Positions 7,939 through 10,375 of a stretch of DNA of 10,375 nucleotides are shown in pieces (the first letter of the stretch is position 1; the number at the start of each line of letters is the position of its first letter). Location of the stretch: NCBI GenBank assembly GCA_963787445.1, contig CAWBCT010000019.1, positions 1 through 10,375 of the forward strand, read 5' to 3'. Position numbers and translations under genes: made by a program. Below the pieces are notes generated by a model, which saw nothing but the letters and a program-made list of their open reading frames with translations, was not told the DNA's origin and made no database searches. This DNA comes from an uncultured archaeon (GTDB taxonomy: Archaea; Micrarchaeota; Micrarchaeia; Micrarchaeales; CABMGC01).

Positions 7939-8575
7939 GACTTGGATTGGACATATAGTAAGATTTTGCATAAAGTCGTTCTTTTGGCAATTTTCTTGCG
8001 TCTCTAAGCGTATCTCGCACCTTCCTGCGGAAAGCAGGCTTGTACTTTTCAAGATAGGAGTTAAGCCTCCTTGAGTCAAGACCTGGAAGTATGTTCTGCC
8101 ATAGCTCATCCCTTATGGCGCCTCCGAAGTAGAGCATGTCTATTATTGTCTTTTCCAAATCAGACACAGGAACCCAGAATCCATCTCGCTTTACAAGTCC
8201 ATACCCAAAGAATAGTTCTGGCTTCATCCGGTATACCAGATAATTAGCACCTAAAAACGTCCGTAGACCCATTCGGACATTCTTTGGCGTGATTACTATC
8301 GGATTTGTCCCTTGCATGGAGAGACCCCTTATTCTAAGAGCGTCCTCCAACCCGTAATATGAGGGAGAGAAAGCGAAGCATAGGACGACCATGTCTTGAT
8401 GGAACGTGTATATGCCCCTGGTTATCTTTGCTATAAGCCCCCGTTTGAGGAGGTTATGGATGAGGAGCCTGCGGTAACCCGCGCTAAGACCCTTTATGAT
8501 CTTGAGTTCGTTGACGTTGAATACGGGTTTGGTAGTGCTAGAAAACTCCTCTTTGATATTCTGAAGGTATCTCAC
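7904..8575 (-). CDS. abiEi: AbiEi-family antitoxin / transcriptional regulator (winged HTH plus AbiEi C-terminal domain)
   Basis: The wHTH end LIHNLLKRGLIAKITRGIY, plus PSYYGLEDALRIRGL and VSDLEKTIIDML, match the AbiEi/COG5340 pattern. The GTG start overlaps the toxin stop (GTGA). Confidence 0.8.
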   Translation of the reverse strand: MRYLQNIKEEFSSTTKPVFNVNELKIIKGLSAGYRRLLIHNLLKRGLIAKITRGIYTFHQDMVVLCFAFSPSYYGLEDALRIRGLSMQGTNPIVITPKNVRMGLRTFLGANYLVYRMKPELFFGYGLVKRDGFWVPVSDLEKTIIDMLYFGGAIRDELWQNILPGLDSRRLNSYLEKYKPAFRRKVRDTLRDARKLPKERLYAKSYYMSNPSPTSPPPDSARA

Positions 8576-9228
8576 TCTATCTCCCCCATTATCGTGTCTT
8601 TCATATCCTTAAGGGACGGAACAGGTCCGTTATAGACAATACTCTGAAGCTCCTTTTCGTTTACAGGTTCTTCGAGATGTTCTATGAACTTCTTCAGAGG
8701 CCTCCTAATGAGTTCCTTCTTACCCGAATAGGCAATCAACTGATATATATCGTAAATGTCTCTTGCATATTTTCTACTCTCGTATGCATCAATCTTCTCA
8801 AGTATGTACTGCTCAGCAGTAAGTGTGCGTAATTTCAGTGTTGTCCCATTTATCCGCTCAAATTCCCTGAAGCTTCCATTTTCCTTGTCTTCTGGACACT
8901 TGATGTCTACGCTCAGTTTTGACTTTGAATTGGAGATATAAATTCTCAGAGATCTGTTTGTCGCAGATATTTTATCGGTGTAGATTCCGAGCCTTTGGAG
9001 GTTCGCTGCGATTGAGTTCTTAATTATCTCGATGCTCCTTTCCGATGCAACGTAAAGATCTATGTCAAATGAGAATCTGTTTCCTGAATAGCATCGCCAG
9101 ATTCCCGTTCCTCCATGGAGCACAAAACTGTTGTCTATAGCGAATATTGTGTCGATAAACAAGTCCTGAAGCTCAGCCAGATCTATGAACTCTTGGTTCT
9201 TCAAGCTTAAGGCTATCGGAATTTTCAT
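8572..9228 (-). CDS. abiEii: AbiEii/AbiGii-family (DUF1814) nucleotidyltransferase toxin
   Basis: FVLHGGTGIWRCYSGNRFSFDIDL (GGT...RxSxDxD) and EKIDAYESRKYARDIYD (K...R...RDxYD) motifs. Confidence 0.9.
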   Translation of the reverse strand: MKIPIALSLKNQEFIDLAELQDLFIDTIFAIDNSFVLHGGTGIWRCYSGNRFSFDIDLYVASERSIEIIKNSIAANLQRLGIYTDKISATNRSLRIYISNSKSKLSVDIKCPEDKENGSFREFERINGTTLKLRTLTAEQYILEKIDAYESRKYARDIYDIYQLIAYSGKKELIRRPLKKFIEHLEEPVNEKELQSIVYNGPVPSLKDMKDTIMGEIE

Positions 9229-9236
9229 ATTACCAC

Positions 9237-9313
9237 AGTTATACTATAATATAATTATAGTAGGATATAAATATCTATCTTTTTATTTACAATAGTTATA
9301 TTATAATATAATT
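9237..9313. promoter_or_regulatory. Putative abiE promoter/operator: 20-bp direct repeat with palindromes flanking a TATA-like box
   Basis: AGTTATACTATAATATAATT (9237-9256) and AGTTATATTATAATATAATT (9294-9313) are 19/20 identical. There is a perfect inverted repeat TACTATAAT-ata-ATTATAGTA (9242-9262) and a perfect 16-bp palindrome TTATATTATAATATAA (9296-9311). A minus-strand TTTATAT box at 9265-9271 is preceded by a purine-rich BRE-like run. Confidence 0.6.
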
Positions 9314-9387
9314 TAGGTAAATATCAAAGGCTTTGAAGCGGGATGAGAAGACTTATATCGTTTTGACTTGCTTTAATACTGAATCAT

Positions 9388-9804
9388 ATGTGCCTAACCA
9401 AACTTATCTACGATCACACAAAGTTCGATACAGTTGAGATACTTGCTAAAGGTAAGAAACTCCGAGTCTGGCTCGCTGATTCTCCAACCAAGAACATGGT
9501 CGGATTAATGCACAGGCCAAAGATGGGCGCCGATGGGATGCTCTTTACACCGGACAGGGAGGCAAGGCACGGGATCTGGATGCTGAACATGAAGTTCCCG
9601 ATAGACATCCTCTGGCTTGACGGCTCAGGGAAGGTAGTTGACATTGCCCAGAATGCAAAACCATGCAAATCGATATTCAGCTGTCCCACTTACAGGCCAA
9701 AGAGCGACGCAAGGTACGTTTTGGAGCTGCCTTCCGGCAACGCCAAGCGGTTTGGGCTTAGAGAAGGGGCCAAGGTGGACTTGACAACAATTAATAATCT
9801 TTAA
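9388..9804 (+). CDS. DUF192 family protein
   Basis: Motifs LADSP...GLMHR, GMLF, IWMLNMKFPIDILWLD, and YVLELPSG. Confidence 0.9.
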   Translation: MCLTKLIYDHTKFDTVEILAKGKKLRVWLADSPTKNMVGLMHRPKMGADGMLFTPDREARHGIWMLNMKFPIDILWLDGSGKVVDIAQNAKPCKSIFSCPTYRPKSDARYVLELPSGNAKRFGLREGAKVDLTTINNL

Positions 9805-9805
9805 G

Positions 9806-9814
9806 TCGGGTGTT
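9806..9814 (+). promoter_or_regulatory. Likely GGTG-type Shine-Dalgarno site
   Basis: TCGGGTGTT lies just upstream of ATG 9819. The identical 9-mer at 5823-5831 precedes the NUDIX GTG, and GGTGT precedes the ileS GTG. Confidence 0.45.
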
Positions 9815-9818
9815 ATTC

Positions 9819-10375
9819 ATGCCAAAAGCAAAAAGGATTCAGAAGCAGCCGTTCGGAAGACTGGGCAGATGGCTGTTCGTGATACTCTTCATTGAGCTGC
9901 TGGTCATCTGGGCGAGGGCAGGCATCGCCATATACTACCTTTCGGGCACTACAATACCGGTGCACTACGGCCTGAATGGCGCCCCCAACGGCTACGGCAA
10001 CAGCGGCGTGTTCTACATCCTCGCAGTGGCGTTCAGCATAGCCCCGGTCCTCATAATGCTCATCTCCTACTACCGCTTCAAGCTGATAAACGACTACCCG
10101 TACCTGATAAACATGCCCGCCTTCTACGCGAGCATCATGAAGGTCTCTGAAAAGAGGAAGGGCTACTGGATAAACCGCTACTTCGAGCTGATACTGGCGC
10201 TGGGAGTGGTAGTCGCGCTGGTCTTCATCCTGCTGCTGGTCGAGCTGACGAACGCAGCCCAGACAGGCTATGCCAGCCCCGCGTTCGTCACCTGGTTCCC
10301 GATAGCGGCGATCCTGGTGATGGTCGGGCTGCTGTTCGTCCTGCTGAGGAACATGTACCGGGAGGTCTCGAAGGA
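9819..10375 (+). CDS. DUF1648-domain (SdpI/YhfL-like) membrane protein, runs off the window end
   Basis: ATG at 9819, open to the end: MPKAKRIQKQPFGRLGRWLFVILFIELLVIW...TIPVHYGLNGAPNGYG...YPYLINMP..., with about four hydrophobic segments. IPVHYGLNGAPNGYG is the DUF1648 signature. Confidence 0.85.
   Translation, partial: MPKAKRIQKQPFGRLGRWLFVILFIELLVIWARAGIAIYYLSGTTIPVHYGLNGAPNGYGNSGVFYILAVAFSIAPVLIMLISYYRFKLINDYPYLINMPAFYASIMKVSEKRKGYWINRYFELILALGVVVALVFILLLVELTNAAQTGYASPAFVTWFPIAAILVMVGLLFVLLRNMYREVSK

Noticed and set aside
1032-9228. Functional link between the AbiEii (potentially tRNA-modifying) toxin and ileS
   Set aside because: They are more than 4 kb apart and separated by unrelated genes, so proximity alone is not evidence.
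9343-9387. In-frame upstream ATG that could add a signal-like N-terminus to DUF192
   Set aside because: It is interrupted by TGA at 9364, and a TTATAT box about 30 nt before ATG 9388 fits a near-leaderless start there.
7126-9689. ORFs 7126-7365, 7335-7652, 7756-8109, 8396-8635, 8756-8941 and 9414-9689
   Set aside because: Alternative-frame or antisense ORFs overlapping confidently identified genes.
1-10375. CRISPR array, tRNA/rRNA genes, transposase or integrase
   Set aside because: I saw no regularly spaced repeats, cloverleaf or rRNA-like sequence, or recombinase motifs. The 20-bp repeat at 9237/9294 has only two AT-rich copies.

Overview
The window is archaeal, probably from a DPANN/Micrarchaeota-like genome (inferred from the archaeal-type IleRS, TATA-like promoters and GGTG-type ribosome-binding sites). 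From left to right it holds: (1) the 3' end of a tightly coupled cassette of two small, apparently paralogous proteins plus a stand-alone caspase/gingipain-fold (clan CD) His-Cys protease; (2) ileS on the minus strand, split by about 7 single-base indels that are probably long-read errors, with non-canonical HPGQ/EMHKS signature motifs; (3) an AT-rich, decayed type II restriction-modification island made of a cryptic BamHI/BglII-like endonuclease, vsr and a 22-codon C5-methyltransferase stub; (4) an orphan ORF; (5) a degraded NUDIX hydrolase; (6) a P5C-dehydrogenase-like aldehyde dehydrogenase with one 5' frameshift; (7) an AbiE-type toxin-antitoxin pair in toxin-first order with a repeated palindromic operator; (8) a DUF192 gene and a DUF1648 membrane protein that runs off the end. 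The best candidate for an undescribed system is the small-protein pair plus caspase-like protease at 3-1022. All family assignments come from motif recognition by eye; no searches were run.
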